In this document: in pieces, positions 37,531 to 49,841 of the stretch | How the letters are laid out: each line of letters begins with the position of its first letter | How positions within the stretch are numbered: position 1 is the first letter of the stretch | Source of the DNA: Lama guanicoe | Taxonomy: Eukaryota | Length of the DNA stretch: 62,000 nt | Assembly: GCA_013239625.1 (NCBI GenBank) | Contig: MU053504.1 | Span: 124,001 to 186,000, forward strand | Reading direction: 5' to 3' | Made by a program: the position numbers and the translations under genes | The notes under the pieces: model-generated | What the model saw: only the letters and a program-made list of their open reading frames with translations | Database searches by the model: none | Told to the model about the DNA's origin: nothing

Positions 37531-39279
37531 TTGTGATCAAAGGATCATGAGGTCATTGTGAGGGTTAAATGAATATATTGCTGAGAACAATGCCTAGCAT
37601 ATGAGCACGTGGTCCCTGCATTGGAAGTGTTGGCTCTTTCTTTTCTCAGCACTGTGAGGAGGCCAGGTCATAAGCAATGGTAGAGAACTCAAATGCCAGG
37701 TGGGCCAGGTGGGCCAGTTGGGCTAGGCAGGGACCTTGGGGAGCCGGCAAGCACATGCCCTTCTTGAAGGTCAGGGTCCACAGGAAACAGATGATGAGAT
37801 GGGGATTTGTATGCAGGTGGTTTTCCAGGGAGTGCTCTTCAGATCTTGAGGGAGTGAGGGCAGAAGGATCAGGTAGTGCAAGAGGCCTCAGACAGGCCCA
37901 TCATCAGAGATGTCACAATTCCTGGCTCCCAGAAATGGTTTGAGGTATAAATGTTTATTATCATCTTAAGCCACTAAGTTTTGAGTTAGTTTGTTATGCA
38001 GCCCTTGATAATGAATGCCTTATTACAAAATATATGTAATATATTTTATGACATATCATAACAATCTCTCTCATGCCCACACATCAAATTAATCAAATTC
38101 TGTTAGCTCATCCTTCAAAACATCTCCAGAATCCAAATCATTCCTTCCACTTCCAAAGCTACCACCTGGGGCCACAGCCACCACTGTCTTTGCTCACCTG
38201 GGTCATTGCCACAGTCTCCTCGCTGGGCTCCCTGCTTCACTCCTGCCCTTCCTTCTCCAGCCTGTGCCACCCTAGCAGCCAGAGAGTTCCTGCCCTCACT
38301 GCATAAGTGGGGCTGTGACAGGAGAAGTGACCTCATGTCCACTGGGGGGCTGCAGGAAGACTTCAAGGAGGAGGCTCCCTGGGGGAAATGGGAGCATTTA
38401 GCAAGGTCTTTCCAAGGGGGAGGTCTCTTCTCTCCCCACCCAGAGTGGCCTGGTTCACTTCATAGCACCCACGGACCTCACACTCCGTAAAGTATGGAGC
38501 CGCCTGGCTGAGCAAGTGAATATGAGGGGGGTGTGTGTGTGTGTGTGTCCCTGCATCCCTGCATTCCTTTTCCCAGTAGGGCCCCAGGAAGCCAGGAGCA
38601 CAGTGATTTAAAGCAGAGACCCTGGAGTTAAAATCCCAGTTCTCGTGCTCTGGCTGTGTGGCCTTGGACAATTTGCCTAACCTCTCAGTGCCTCCATTTC
38701 CTCCTCTGTAACATGAAGCTAAAAATACTAATACCTACTTCACAGAGCTGTTAGGAGGATTTAATGAGTTAATATGTGCAGAAGGGACAGTATTAGCAGG
38801 AGCAGGAAGGTTGGCTGTTAGTATTCTCATGGGCATATATCAAATCCCAACCCAGCCACGGACTTCCAGTGTGACCTAGCACAGTTCACTTTGGCTCTCT
38901 GGGCTGTTTCCTCATCTGTAAAATGGGATCACATTGGCACTACCCATAAAGCTGTTGTAAGGATTCCAAATCTTGTATGGGACGGCCTCCTTCTCAGGTA
39001 AGGCTGGTCCTTGATTATGCACATAAGCGGGATGCTGGGTGTGTCTGCTCATGTGGGCATGGGAGCCACTCGTGGGGTCTGGACCCCCACCTTCCCTCTG
39101 AATGACCCCCTCCCTCATCTGCAGGATTCCAGCTGAACAACCCCTACAGGTACACCCCTTTTCCTCTTTCTTGCTTCTTGAACTGCAGCGCCACCTGCTG
39201 TCTTAAAGCTACATTGCATCCATAGCCCACCGCCTGCATAGAGGGAAAGGAATAAGCACTTGAGCCCCTGCTGTGTGCA

Positions 39280-39415
39280 ATTTATATGTATGTGCAGAAC
39301 ACACACATATGTACATAACATAGGTGCGTGTATATACGTGCAGAATACACACATATGTGTGATGTATGTGACATATGTATATCTGCATATATACATATAC
39401 ATATATACACATGTC
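39280..39415. repeat. Degenerate (TA/CA/TG) purine-pyrimidine low-complexity tract
   Basis: Alternating atgtatgtg/acacacatat/atacatatac. Confidence 0.8.
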
Positions 39416-41227
39416 AGCGTAGATACTAACCTCTACCTATAGAGATGGAGCCTCAGGGAGGTCACATAGAGCCAGTTGTGAAGCTGGGATTCAAATCCAT
39501 ATTTCCTTTCCTCTCACTCCAAACACCCTTTTAGGGTGAGTTCAAGTTCTGTAAGCAAACCCGCCTCTCCCCTCCACTCAGAAAGGAGCCAGAAGCTGAG
39601 GTCAGGGGTTCTTGGGAGAATGTCTTGGTTGTTCCCCAGGGCCCAGATCAAAAAAGGAGGAGCACTGCACTGTGAGTCCTCAGTCCTCAGTTCTCGCTCT
39701 AGCTGCCCCAACCACCAGCTGAACAACCTTTGGCACGTCCTCACCGTTTGTTCTGGCACTCATCATTTTGGAAAAAAAAAAGTTACTGTGGGGAGACCAT
39801 TTAACATGAGTGGTAGGTTCTAATGTGAGGATAAAATTATCAAAATAAATACACTTCTAAAAACTTTGACAAATCCTGTCTATCGTAAAATAAGGTATTG
39901 GTAGTTTCCTGAATATAGTCCTTTGCAGTAATAAATACATTGAATATATAGGGTGGCAGTGTGTGGTAGCCATTGCAAAGGTTTGCACACTATAATTTTA
40001 GATTCAGCTCTCACTCAGATGTGCGGGATGCTGTCCACGCCCCCTACATCTTGCTCACAGCTGGGCTCATGTCCAGGCAGAATCGCCCACACTGTGTATG
40101 CATTCTCTCTTCTCGCTCTCTTTCTGGGCACACAGACTTGCATTGCTGAAGTTATATAATAAAACCAGCTAACATTTACTGAGCATTTATGGTGCAGCAG
40201 GCACTGTTCTGCAGTCCTTTATCTGCATCTTCATATCATCCTCCCAAAAATGCTATGAGGTAGGTGCCATTATTACAGATGAGTAAACAGAGGAACTGAG
40301 AGGTTAAGTAACTAGCCTAAGATCACATAGCCAGTGAACGGTAGAGCCTGCACTTGAAACTGGGAGTCTGGGACCAGAACCCACTCTCTTAACCATCATG
40401 CTACCCATTTGGAGAGGCCACATGGGAGCCATGTGTATGTGTCTGTTGTCAGCCCATGAGCTCCGTTATGCAGGCTAGAACCTGGTCTGGGTCATCCCCA
40501 GTACCACTCTTTTCATCTGGGGCCCACACAGAGTGTATGTGCAGTAATCGTTTAACCAATGCACAAGGCATGAGCTGCTTCATCTGTAAGACAGGAATAA
40601 GAGCCAGCACTTCAGATTGCTGGGGACTCCAACAAGCTCTTCGGTGGGAAAGCTCTCTTTAAAGATCCTCCATTCCCCCTTGCCCACCTCCTGTTCACCC
40701 CCTCCTTGGGCTTTTAGTCTGCACCAGCCTGGGAAAGCTGACTGTATGCATCTTATCCTAATGCTGCATTCAGTAACATTATATTTGTAGCTTGAAATCA
40801 GCAACAATGAGAATATTTACATCATGGAAATTGGCAATGGTACAAACGGGGGTTTCCCTTTAGAGATGTTAAACATTTACCATGGCCAGGGAGAAATGGC
40901 TTCTCTAATGACCACCTTCAGGGTACAGCACAGTAGAGCGATCTCACCTGTTGGCTCTGGAGCCTGACTACCTGGGTTCAAACTCCAACTCTATTACTTA
41001 TCAGCTGTGTGACCTGGTTCAGTTACTTAACTTCTCTGAGCCTCATTAATCTCATCCATGAGATAATTACCTATTTCATTAAGGGTTTAATGAGAGCATC
41101 TGTGTTACTCCATTATACATCAGCCTAGGAGGTGGAGGGACTTTCTTGTTTCCCCATCCTAGGAAAGGGAGTGATGGGAATAGGACTTGCAATGTCAAAG
41201 AGGGATCTTTCCAGATGTCGAGGCCCT

Positions 41228-41747
41228 TGTGTGGCTGAACCACACTGACTCCATTTGGCGGCTCCATCTTAGACCTGCAGTCCTACCCCCTCCCCTTTCT
41301 GTCTGACTAAGCTTTAACCTACTCACAAGGAGTGTGCCCAGGCCAGAGAAGTTCCCTATCAACTTTACCCTTGTCTTCATCTGATACGAACATGGGAAGA
41401 ATACCTTTTGCTGACATAGATAGTTAACGGTCTGCAAGGAATCATGGTCATGAGACCACCATTGGGGGGAGGGGATTAAAACCCCGGTTCCAGTCAGTGT
41501 GAAGCACTTCTCCCCTGGTGGTCAGATTCTATTTTTCGCTTTGGCCGCTTATATCCCTCTGTGTCCCTTTGAGCGATACAGAGTACCCCGCGAGAGCCTC
41601 TGGACAGTAGTCTGCCCAGTCCTGCCTGTGTGTGTTACCCACAATAAACTTCCTAGTTGCACTTTATGGGGTTGCCTGCTTTGTTTTTTGGTCTCCAAGT
41701 TTCTTCTCAGTTTGGAGGATATTACCCAATATTCCTGCCATCCAACA
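41228..41747 (+). mobile_element. Solo ERV LTR (about 520 bp)
   Basis: TG...CA termini, near-TSD gccct/accct, TATA-like CTTATAT at about 41548 and AATAAA at 41643-41648. Confidence 0.7.
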
Positions 41748-42069
41748 ACCCTCACGGAGGGTGTCTTGAGGCACCAGCAGGCCAGATCTTTATGAGCCTT
41801 TATGATTATGTGCATGGCAGCTGGGGGATAAGGAGCCTCCTCTAGTGCTTAGAAGGAAGGCTGCCCTTAGCTTTGGAGTCTGCAAAAGATTTGGGGGAAA
41901 GCAGGTGATCTAACTAATGATTCCCTCTGCCCTCCCATTGCCTCCTTTCTTGCTAGTGAACACTCCTAGGAGGAGTGTTGTGGGTTTTTTTTTTAACATA
42001 TATATTTATGTTAACACTTATATATATATTTTTAACATATATATATATGTATTTTAACAAATACATATA

Positions 42070-42970
42070 TATAACAAGAATAGTACAAAAAGGCAAAAAA
42101 GGAAATAGCACAATAGAGGAGTAACATTTCTATATCTCACTGTAATTGTTAGTGTCAATCTGACATAGATTCTGATAAGATGTATATAGTAAACCTAGAG
42201 CAGTTCTTTTAAAAAAGTGAAAAAACTATTAAAGAAATTAAGATGTTACACTAAAAAAACTCATTTAATGTAAAAAAGCAATTAGGAACAACAGAGGGAA
42301 AAAAAGACATGAGACATATAGAAGACATGAGACATGTAGAAAACATAAAGTAAAATGGCAGATGTAAATCTAATTCTATTAGTAATGGCATTAAATATGA
42401 ATAGATCCAATCAGAAGGCAGAGATTTTCTTACAGGATAAAAATATCAAGCTCTAACTATATGCTATTTTTGGGAGACACATTCTGGATTCAAAGATACA
42501 GAAAGGTTGAGAGTCAAAGAAAGGTATATCATGCAAACAACTATCATAAAGAAAGCTGGACTGCCCATATTAATATCAGAGGGTCAATCCATCAGGATAA
42601 TCTAAAAACTATAAACATATATGCACCTAACAACAGAACCCCAAGATATACGAAGCAAAAATGGGTAGAACTAAAAAGAGAAACAGATAATTCAATAATA
42701 ATAGGTGGACACTGTAGTATTCTACTTTCATTAATGGATAGAACAGCTAGGCAGGAGCTCGACAAGGAAATAGGAGACTTGGACAACACTATAAATCAAC
42801 TAGACCTAAAAGACATCTGTCGAACATGTCACCCAACAACAATAGAGTACATTCTTCTCAAATGCACGTGGGAAATTCTTCAGGCTAGACCGTATGCTAG
42901 GGCACAAAATGAATCCCAATACCATTTAAAAGATTGAAATCATACAAGTATCTTCTCTGTCCACCAATTC
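42070..42970 (+). mobile_element. L1 fragment with a degenerate ORF2 endonuclease domain
   Basis: ORF 42461-42937 contains INIYAPNNR...SIIIGG...LSLMDR...DLDNTINQLDLKDICRTCHP, the L1 APE-like EN motifs. A (TA)n tract precedes it. Confidence 0.88.
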
Positions 42971-43294
42971 TAGGAAGTCTGTGGAAGGATTCCATGTGAA
43001 GATTTAACCAGAGGATTTCATGCTGGTTGCCCGAAAGCTGGAAGCTTCTAGAAAACTTTCAGGACATCTATCTAAGCATTACCTCCTGCTGTGAGCTTTA
43101 AAGTAGTTTACTCTTGAGAAGCACTTAGCAAAGTGCCTGGCATGCAGTAAGCATGTGATACATTTTAGATGTTATTATCCTCACAATTATGTTATGGGGA
43201 CAAGCTTCATTATTTTCCCTATTTAACAGGTGAGAAGACAGAAGTTCAGAGCTGCATGGTAAGTTGCCTGAGGTCATACATACACAAATATGAG

Positions 43295-43740
43295 AATTCC
43301 GCTGTTGTGGAGCAAAATGTCCTCTACATTATAGAAACTTAAGCAACAAAGAAGTTTATTTCTCTGTCACATTAAATCTGACAGAATGGTAGCTCCACAA
43401 TCATCATGGTTTCAGCCTCCTATATCCTTGCTGTATTACTCTCAACCTGTGGCTGCCTCCTCATGGTCTAAAACAGCTACTGGAGATCCAGTCATCACAT
43501 CTATATTTCTGACAGCAGGAATGGGAAGTAGAAATCCTGCCCTACTCTTGAAGTCCACCATCTAGAAGTTATATGCATTTTTCTTGGTAACATTTGTCTG
43601 AACTTAGTCACTTGGCCATTCCTAGACACAAAGAAGCTTGGGAAATATGGTCTTTACTCTGGGCTCCCCAGCTAAAAGTCAGGGAGTCTATGACTATGAA
43701 AGAGACTGGGGAGTGGACATTGTAGCAGCTAGCAATGCTG
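43295..43740 (-). mobile_element. MLT1J/K-like LTR
   Basis: tccagtcatcacatctatatttctgacagcagga...gaacttagtcacttggccattcctagac...gggaaatatggtcttt. Confidence 0.6.
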
Positions 43741-46224
43741 TTTGTTGCTTATCTTCAATCTCTTAATAATCTTTCCTATCAGGAGAGAAAACTCCGTACC
43801 TTACATTTTAACCTTGGAGCCCTGAGAGAAGACACCGTCTGGGCCAAATTGCAAGTTGTAATAGAGCAGGCTTTCTTTCTTAAGGCGCACCAGGAAGCCA
43901 GCTGCTCACCCAGCAATTTCCAAATGAAGGGCAGAGTCCTGGCAACAACACTGGTCATGGGACTTCCCCCAGGTTTTACCTCTGTAAACATCGTGAAGAG
44001 AATCAGGAAAGACCACGACATTGCAAAATCAGAATTACAAGGCCACATGTGTGACAAAACTCTGGCAAATTCCAGCACCTCTGCTAGTCATCCTTAAAAG
44101 GATTCCACTAGTCTGTGCATGTGTAAATCACATCCTGCCTACAAATCACTCATTTCTCACCCCTTCTTTGCAATTCCAGAGGAGCTTAAGTGAGTGTGTG
44201 TGTGTGTTGGTGGGTGATGAGATTGAGTCCAGGGGGATGGACTGGAGTTTTCTGTTTCTATTTCAGACCAGATGACAATGAACCCCAGCGGCTCTGTATC
44301 TCTTCGTGGCCCAGTTTCCCCATTTGAAGCCAAGGTTTCCTTGGCCAGTTCATGTGCTTTAAGATTCATGTCTCTGACACAGAAAAATCATGTATTACAG
44401 AGCCTAGGCATTCTGGGTCCAAGTCCTGGTTCTGCCACCCACTGGCTGTGTGACTTAGATAATAGACTTAACCTTTCTGTGGCTCCGTTTCTTCATTTGC
44501 AAAATAGGACTGATAGCAATAGAAAGTATTTTGTAGTGCTTCTGTAAGAATTCAATAATTAAAGCTCCGGAAGAGCCCAGGCCATGTGGAGGCCCTCTGC
44601 TGATGCCTGCAGGAAGGGCCCATGCCCTGGCATCTAGCCCACCAGGAAGGGCAGAAGGGCAAGGGCTCTCTAGAGCCATAAAATTAATGGTCACCATGGT
44701 GGACATCAGCGAAGGTGGCCATGGTGGATGCTTCCTTTCCGGGGATCCCAGTGCTGAGCAACCAGGAGGAAGCAGGTTGGTGTCAGCCTCCCAGTTCCCC
44801 TTTAGATGCATTTGTGCGTCTCTGCTCAGAGCAGTCCTGGCCTGATTTTCACTTCTTAGTTCCCGGGACTACCTTCCACCAGAAGAAATCTGAAGTGTGG
44901 TACCTCAGCATTGATGTCAAGAGCTCACTAGAAAAAACCCTGCATTCAGAGCCAGGGTCTGTGCCCTGACTTTGCGGCCCATCTTCTGGGGGACTCTGGC
45001 TAGATGTCCCCCCTCCGGACCTCAGTTTCCACATTTGCAATGTGATGATTGACTGTCCTTTATGATTGGATTGCTGCGTTCTTGATTCTTATTTTGTGGT
45101 TGGCTTTATTCCTTTGATACCTAGGTGAGTTAAAAAAGCTTAAGCTCTAAACTGTTCTTAGAAACCATGATCAGTACATATGTGTAAACTAAACAAAACA
45201 TGTGCAGTGTATTGTGTATATGTATTTACATGCAATGTATTGTATATGCGCAGTCAAACTAACAATTCTACCTAATAAAACTGAAAAATGAAAAAAAAAA
45301 GGATAGGGGGTGGAGGTGAAGCTGGGTTGGGTCTCAGGACACTTGGGCAGAGGCTGGCTGGACTCAACGAGACCTAGGGCAGGTCTGACCAGGTCAGTCT
45401 TTCCAGAACACTGGGACCTGTGAGACCCCTGCCTCAGGCCTCACTTTTCAGGCTCTGGTTCCTAGATAGTTCTAAGAGTTTCTCAGTATACTATCAGAAA
45501 AGTGGTGGGAGGGAATGTCTCCTGGGGACCACTACTTTGGAAGTTTGGGTGGCCGGTTTTAAACCAGAGCAGGCCCTCTTGCTCTGGTTTTTTAAGGTCA
45601 GAGGCTGAGACTCGACTTGCTCCCCATACTCAGAACCCTTCAGCCCCCAACCACTCGGCCTGGGGTGGAAGGAGGGTTGTTCTGACATTTTGGTATAAAG
45701 TCCCTTTGCTCAGTCAGTCTTCCAGAAAAATTTCTGCGGGCCTCTGTGCAGCTCCCCCGTGCAGGGCCCTCTGTGCCCAGAATGGCAGTAGTAGTTGCCA
45801 AGCCTGTTCGTATCTGCTGTGGCCCCCCGCAATGTTACCACCCCACTAAAAAACCCCGCACAGGCCAGCCCAATCCTCCATCCCTTCATAACCTTGACCT
45901 CTAAGGCCCTGGCCTCTGCACCTGCCTCTGGCCTCCCTACCCTGGCCTCCTTTCAGGTGCTCAAATGCAGCCTGCTGCCTCCACCCCACCGCTTTTGCCA
46001 AGTGCAGTTTCCGCTGCCTGGAAGGCACCTTCCTTCCTGCTTTACCTCCTTCCCGCCAATCATCCTGAGATACCTGCTTGTCAGGGGGCATCCTCAGAGA
46101 TGGCCACCCCGCTGCCAACCCCAGGCAGAGTTCAGTCTTGATCTCATTCTTCAGGGAAACTTCCTTGCTTCGACCATAGGGACATCACGTGACTTGGCTC
46201 AGACTCAACACTAGACTTATGTTC

Positions 46225-46272
46225 AGGGAGGGGAGGGGAGGGGAGGGGAGGGAAGGGGTGGGGTGAAGGGGT
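46225..46272 (+). repeat. (GGGGA)n repeat with G-quadruplex potential
   Basis: agggaggggaggggaggggaggggagggaaggggtggggtgaagggg. Confidence 0.85.
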
Positions 46273-46893
46273 GTCCAGGGTCCAGAGCAGGTATCCTCGT
46301 AAAGTGGAACCTTTTAAATAACAATTATCGAGTACCTATTGTTTGCAGGTGTGATGCTAATGAATCCTTACAATAACCCTGAAAGGGAGGGGCTTTTATT
46401 GTCCTCACTGTACAGAAGAGGAGACTGAGGAGAGCCGACACCTAAGGAGAGTGTGCACGGTCACTTAAAAGTTGTCAAGGTCATAACGACATCCAAGGAC
46501 AGTGGGCAAAAGTGAAAGCAATAGAGAGGGTTGTCAAATGAGGGTGCCTTTTCCAAATACCAAGTCACCCACCCTCTCACCTAGTCCTTGACAGAACATA
46601 TTAGCACGGCTAGCACCACACTCCACGCGATCTTCAGCCTCTGCTTCGCCTGTGTGTGATTAATCTTGGAGCATCTTCTCACATCAGTACAGAGAGACAG
46701 TCTTCTTGCTCATTATCCACTCCAGTATCCTTTCTGGGAGAGAACGATTGGAAACAACCCAAATGCCCTTGTCAGGGCAAATACAAATAAAAACATTTCT
46801 TCCTGGTGCCAAGAAGAGAAAGCGACAGCCCCGCTCCCTTTTCTTAGAGCATTTACTTTGGAAAGCGTGTAAACTTTCTCTGCTCCTTTCACA

Positions 46894-47430
46894 TGTGTGG
46901 GAGTCTTTAAAAAAAGAAAAAAGCTGAATAAGCCTCTTGCCAGGTTTACTACCCAGGAATGTTTTTCTCAAGGACAGGGGAGCCCTCTGTTTGCCATGTA
47001 AATATCAAGAAGCCAGCATCCCTATCTCCCCATCTCTGTGGGAGGGGAGGAGCTTAGCTTCAGGGTTTGACTCCAAGTTGCAAAACAACCTCTCTCATAA
47101 AGATATGAAGTCCTTTTTCCTGTGGATAAGGACAATTAGCTTACACAGAGAGCCACCCCCATCACCAGGTGAGTTCAGGATGTGACAAATGGCGCTATCT
47201 AGTTCCCTCATTTGAGGACAAGCTATCATTTGAGAACCCGGATGTAATAGGCTGTGTCTGCTGGTCTATGTAAAAGGGTGGGGTTTCTTTCTGCCTGTGC
47301 AACCTCTTTAGCAGACCGTCTGTGATGTGCACCGTGATCTGGTTTAATATGTGTTTGATAATAACTGTTTTCTTTCTCTCCTACTGTGAGAGAGGTTTTT
47401 GGGGTTAGTGAGAGATTTTGTCTGCAGCAC
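46894..47430 (+). mobile_element. MER34-like ERV1 solo LTR
   Basis: ggaatgtttttctcaaggac...ccctatctcccc...ctccaagttgcaaaac...tcataaagatatgaag...tatgtaaaagggtg...ctgtgatgtgcacc. Confidence 0.7.
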
Positions 47431-47873
47431 CTACAAATGTCTTTCCACAGAGGGCTGGTTGAACAAATCTGGCTCCTCCCCACAGAGGAATACTGTGCAG
47501 GCATGACAAAGAACAAGAATGCTCTCTGCATTTCACTATGGAGTGAAGGTGCAAGGCACACAATAGTTGACAACTATTTTCTGTAAAAAGACTATATTTG
47601 TATTTGCTTATATCTGCATAATCTCCAGAAGAATAAACAAGGACCTGATGAAAGTGCTCATGTGTGTGTAAAGAGGAACTGGGCAGGGAGAGGTGTGGAG
47701 AAGGATGGAATTTTTTTGCTGAACATTGTCTTATATTTTCTGATTTTTGAAACTCATGACTATATTATCTATTCAAAAATCAATTTTAAAAGGAAGAGTG
47801 GTGGCAAGAAAACAAACAAACCCTGAAGGAAAAGAAGTCCCAGGACCAGATATTCTTTAAGCACTCGATTCTG

Positions 47874-47879
47874 TTTATT
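47874..47879 (-). terminator. Distal poly(A) signal AATAAA of SLC52A3
   Basis: TTTATT on the plus strand. In transcript orientation it is followed by U/GU-rich sequence (cttcttttccttcagggtttgtttgttttcttg). Confidence 0.6.
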
Positions 47880-47994
47880 TCTGAGCTCAGCCTTGACCTG
47901 GAACCAGCTGAAAACATTATATTGATACAGTTTTTGGCGTTTGTGTTGGACCTTTTCATGGAAGGCTGATCTTCATGTAAAAGCAGAAAATGTC

Positions 47995-48000
47995 TTTATT
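47995..48000 (-). terminator. Proximal poly(A) signal AATAAA of SLC52A3
   Basis: TTTATT on the plus strand. In transcript orientation it is directly preceded by a U-rich tract (48001-48036). Confidence 0.6.
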
Positions 48001-48991
48001 TTAAAAAAGGAAAAATAAAAAATAAAACCAAAAAACTATCAGGTAGCTAACTCCTCCCCACTCCCCTCCCCAACTCCAGTTCAGAGATCTGCCTCCCAAT
48101 GGCCTCTGTGTTGTTTCAGCCAGTGAGTGGGGTGGGGGGAACTCGCTTTCAGAGGCTTGCGGTGGCCCCTCCCACACCCCCGTCCTCTCTTTCTGCCTCT
48201 TAGGAGGTCGCTTACTCTCCAAGGCGGCCTTCCTGGGTCAGCAGAGGTGACAGGAAAGGGTGTATGGGGTACCGTGTCCCTCCACACTGGGAATTGGGAA
48301 GCCAAGATGCCCAAGATTCCACCATTAGCCATCTGTCTTCTAGAAGCTTCTCTGTGGGTCCAGGAGAAAAAGAGATATGGAAAAGGGGTCACCTCTCAAT
48401 CCATCTGGCCACTTCTAGACTGTGTTCATTGTCACAAAAACAATCACTGATTGTTATTACTGTTGGACATCAGATCAGGAAATGGTCCAGGAGGACTTGT
48501 TATGTGCTGCATGCTTCTCCCTTTTATCCTTGTACCAAACCTAAGAAGGAGGTGCTATTTCTTATAATCCCCACTTTATGGATGAAGAAACAGAGGCACA
48601 GAGAAATCAAGTAACTTCCCCCAGGTCACACAGCTTATAAGGGCCAGCTCACCCTCGCAGCTGTTTTCTCTTTTAACACCCTTGAGCCGGCTGGATGCCG
48701 CAAATCAGCCATCTGGCAAGAGCTGGAAGAAGTTCTGAGATGCTGGAATTGCAGGCACTGTGACACAGAGCTGGGGTGGGCTGTGCTTTGCATTTCCAGG
48801 TCCCGCGGAAGGCCTGTAGCATTCCTGAGGAGAATCTGTGTTGATGGTTCAAGTACTCAGGCTCTGCCTCCCAGCTCCTCATCCTTGGCGCTGTGACCTT
48901 GGGCACACGCCTTGCCTTGTGGGGGTCCCAGGTTTCAGGTGTTAGTAATAGGTGGGGCGAGCATATGATGGACCGCGCCCCTTCAGTTGGC

Positions 48992-49204
48992 CTACGCGGA
49001 GCACTGAAGACTGCAGAAGTCAGCGGATGAGAAGAGCCTCAACACGTTGACCAGCGGGAACATGAGAAGCGCTCCGAGGAGTGAGCCCAGCTGCACCACC
49101 GCCCCACACCACAAGAGGGCGCTGCGGCTATGGTCGCGCAGGATTACGCCCAGCATCACCTTGACGTAGCTCAGACAGCCAATGAACAGCACCCACGAAA
49201 CCAC
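48992..49204 (-). CDS. SLC52A3: SLC52A3 last coding exon (213 nt including [22 protein letters not shown]...[13 protein letters not shown])
   Basis: Acceptor ccccgcag|GTG. The spliced CDS totals 1410 nt (469 aa), the length I recall for human RFVT3. The C-terminal C463/C467 pair is retained. Confidence 0.97.
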   Translation of the reverse strand: MVSWVLFIGCLSYVKVMLGVILRDHSRSALLWCGAVVQLGSLLGALLMFPLVNVLRLFSSADFCSLQCSA

Positions 49205-49717
49205 CTGCGGGGATTGGTTGGAAGAGATGTCGCGTGAAGGCGACTTTGAGGGCGAGACCCGGGGGCTAAGGGCGCTTTGAGGGTGACCTAAAAGGGACAA
49301 GGGAACCCCATGGAATAACTTATATGTTTAAGGAGAGCCTTTTGGATGTGACTCTACTGAACTAATGGGGCCTCATAAGTTGGCCTCCCCAAGAACCAAG
49401 GAGAATCCAATGGCTTTTTTGTCCCCCATGATCAAGTCAAAAGCAACTGGGAGAAGGCCGCTGCTGACATACACATGGTGGGAAGAGTGTGACGTTCAGG
49501 CTAGACTGTCATCACCTTGGACCAGCCACCTCACCTTCTTAAGCCTCTATTCCCAAATGAGAAGCACCCCCCACTCTCCTCAGCCTCCCTTTGGGCTCCC
49601 TGAAGAGTAACCACAAAGACTTAGGTCAATAGAAAGGGCTAGGCTCCAGGTCTCCCAGGCCTTGGCTAGGTGGGGGGTGGGTGGGAAGGAGAGCAGCTCC
49701 ATAGGCCAGATACTTAC

Positions 49718-49841
49718 GATGAGGACTTCTCCGCCCCAGTGGCCCTGCATGAGGGGGCAGGGGCTCATCACGGCCATGGCCATGTTGTAGGCCCCAAAGC
49801 CGGTCCCGAACACTGCAAGGACCCCCAGGAATGGCAGAGAC
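49718..49841 (-). CDS. SLC52A3: SLC52A3 third coding exon (124 nt; SLPFLGVL...[16 protein letters not shown])
   Basis: Acceptor ctgtcctag|G completes the split Arg codon. Donor ATC|GTAAGT. The frame is consistent with both flanking exons, and the exon includes the conserved SPCP motif (C386). Confidence 0.97.

Larger units (their letters stand above)
47850..48991 (-). other. SLC52A3: SLC52A3 3'UTR (about 1.0-1.1 kb), containing MIR remnants
   Basis: Runs from the stop codon to the minus-strand AATAAA signals. MIR-like sequence at about 48480-48640 and 48850-48910. The 3' end is inferred. Confidence 0.7.

Noticed and set aside
42461..42937. 158-aa ORF with endonuclease motifs
   Set aside because: A decayed L1 ORF2 fragment with internal deletions and frameshifts, not a host gene.
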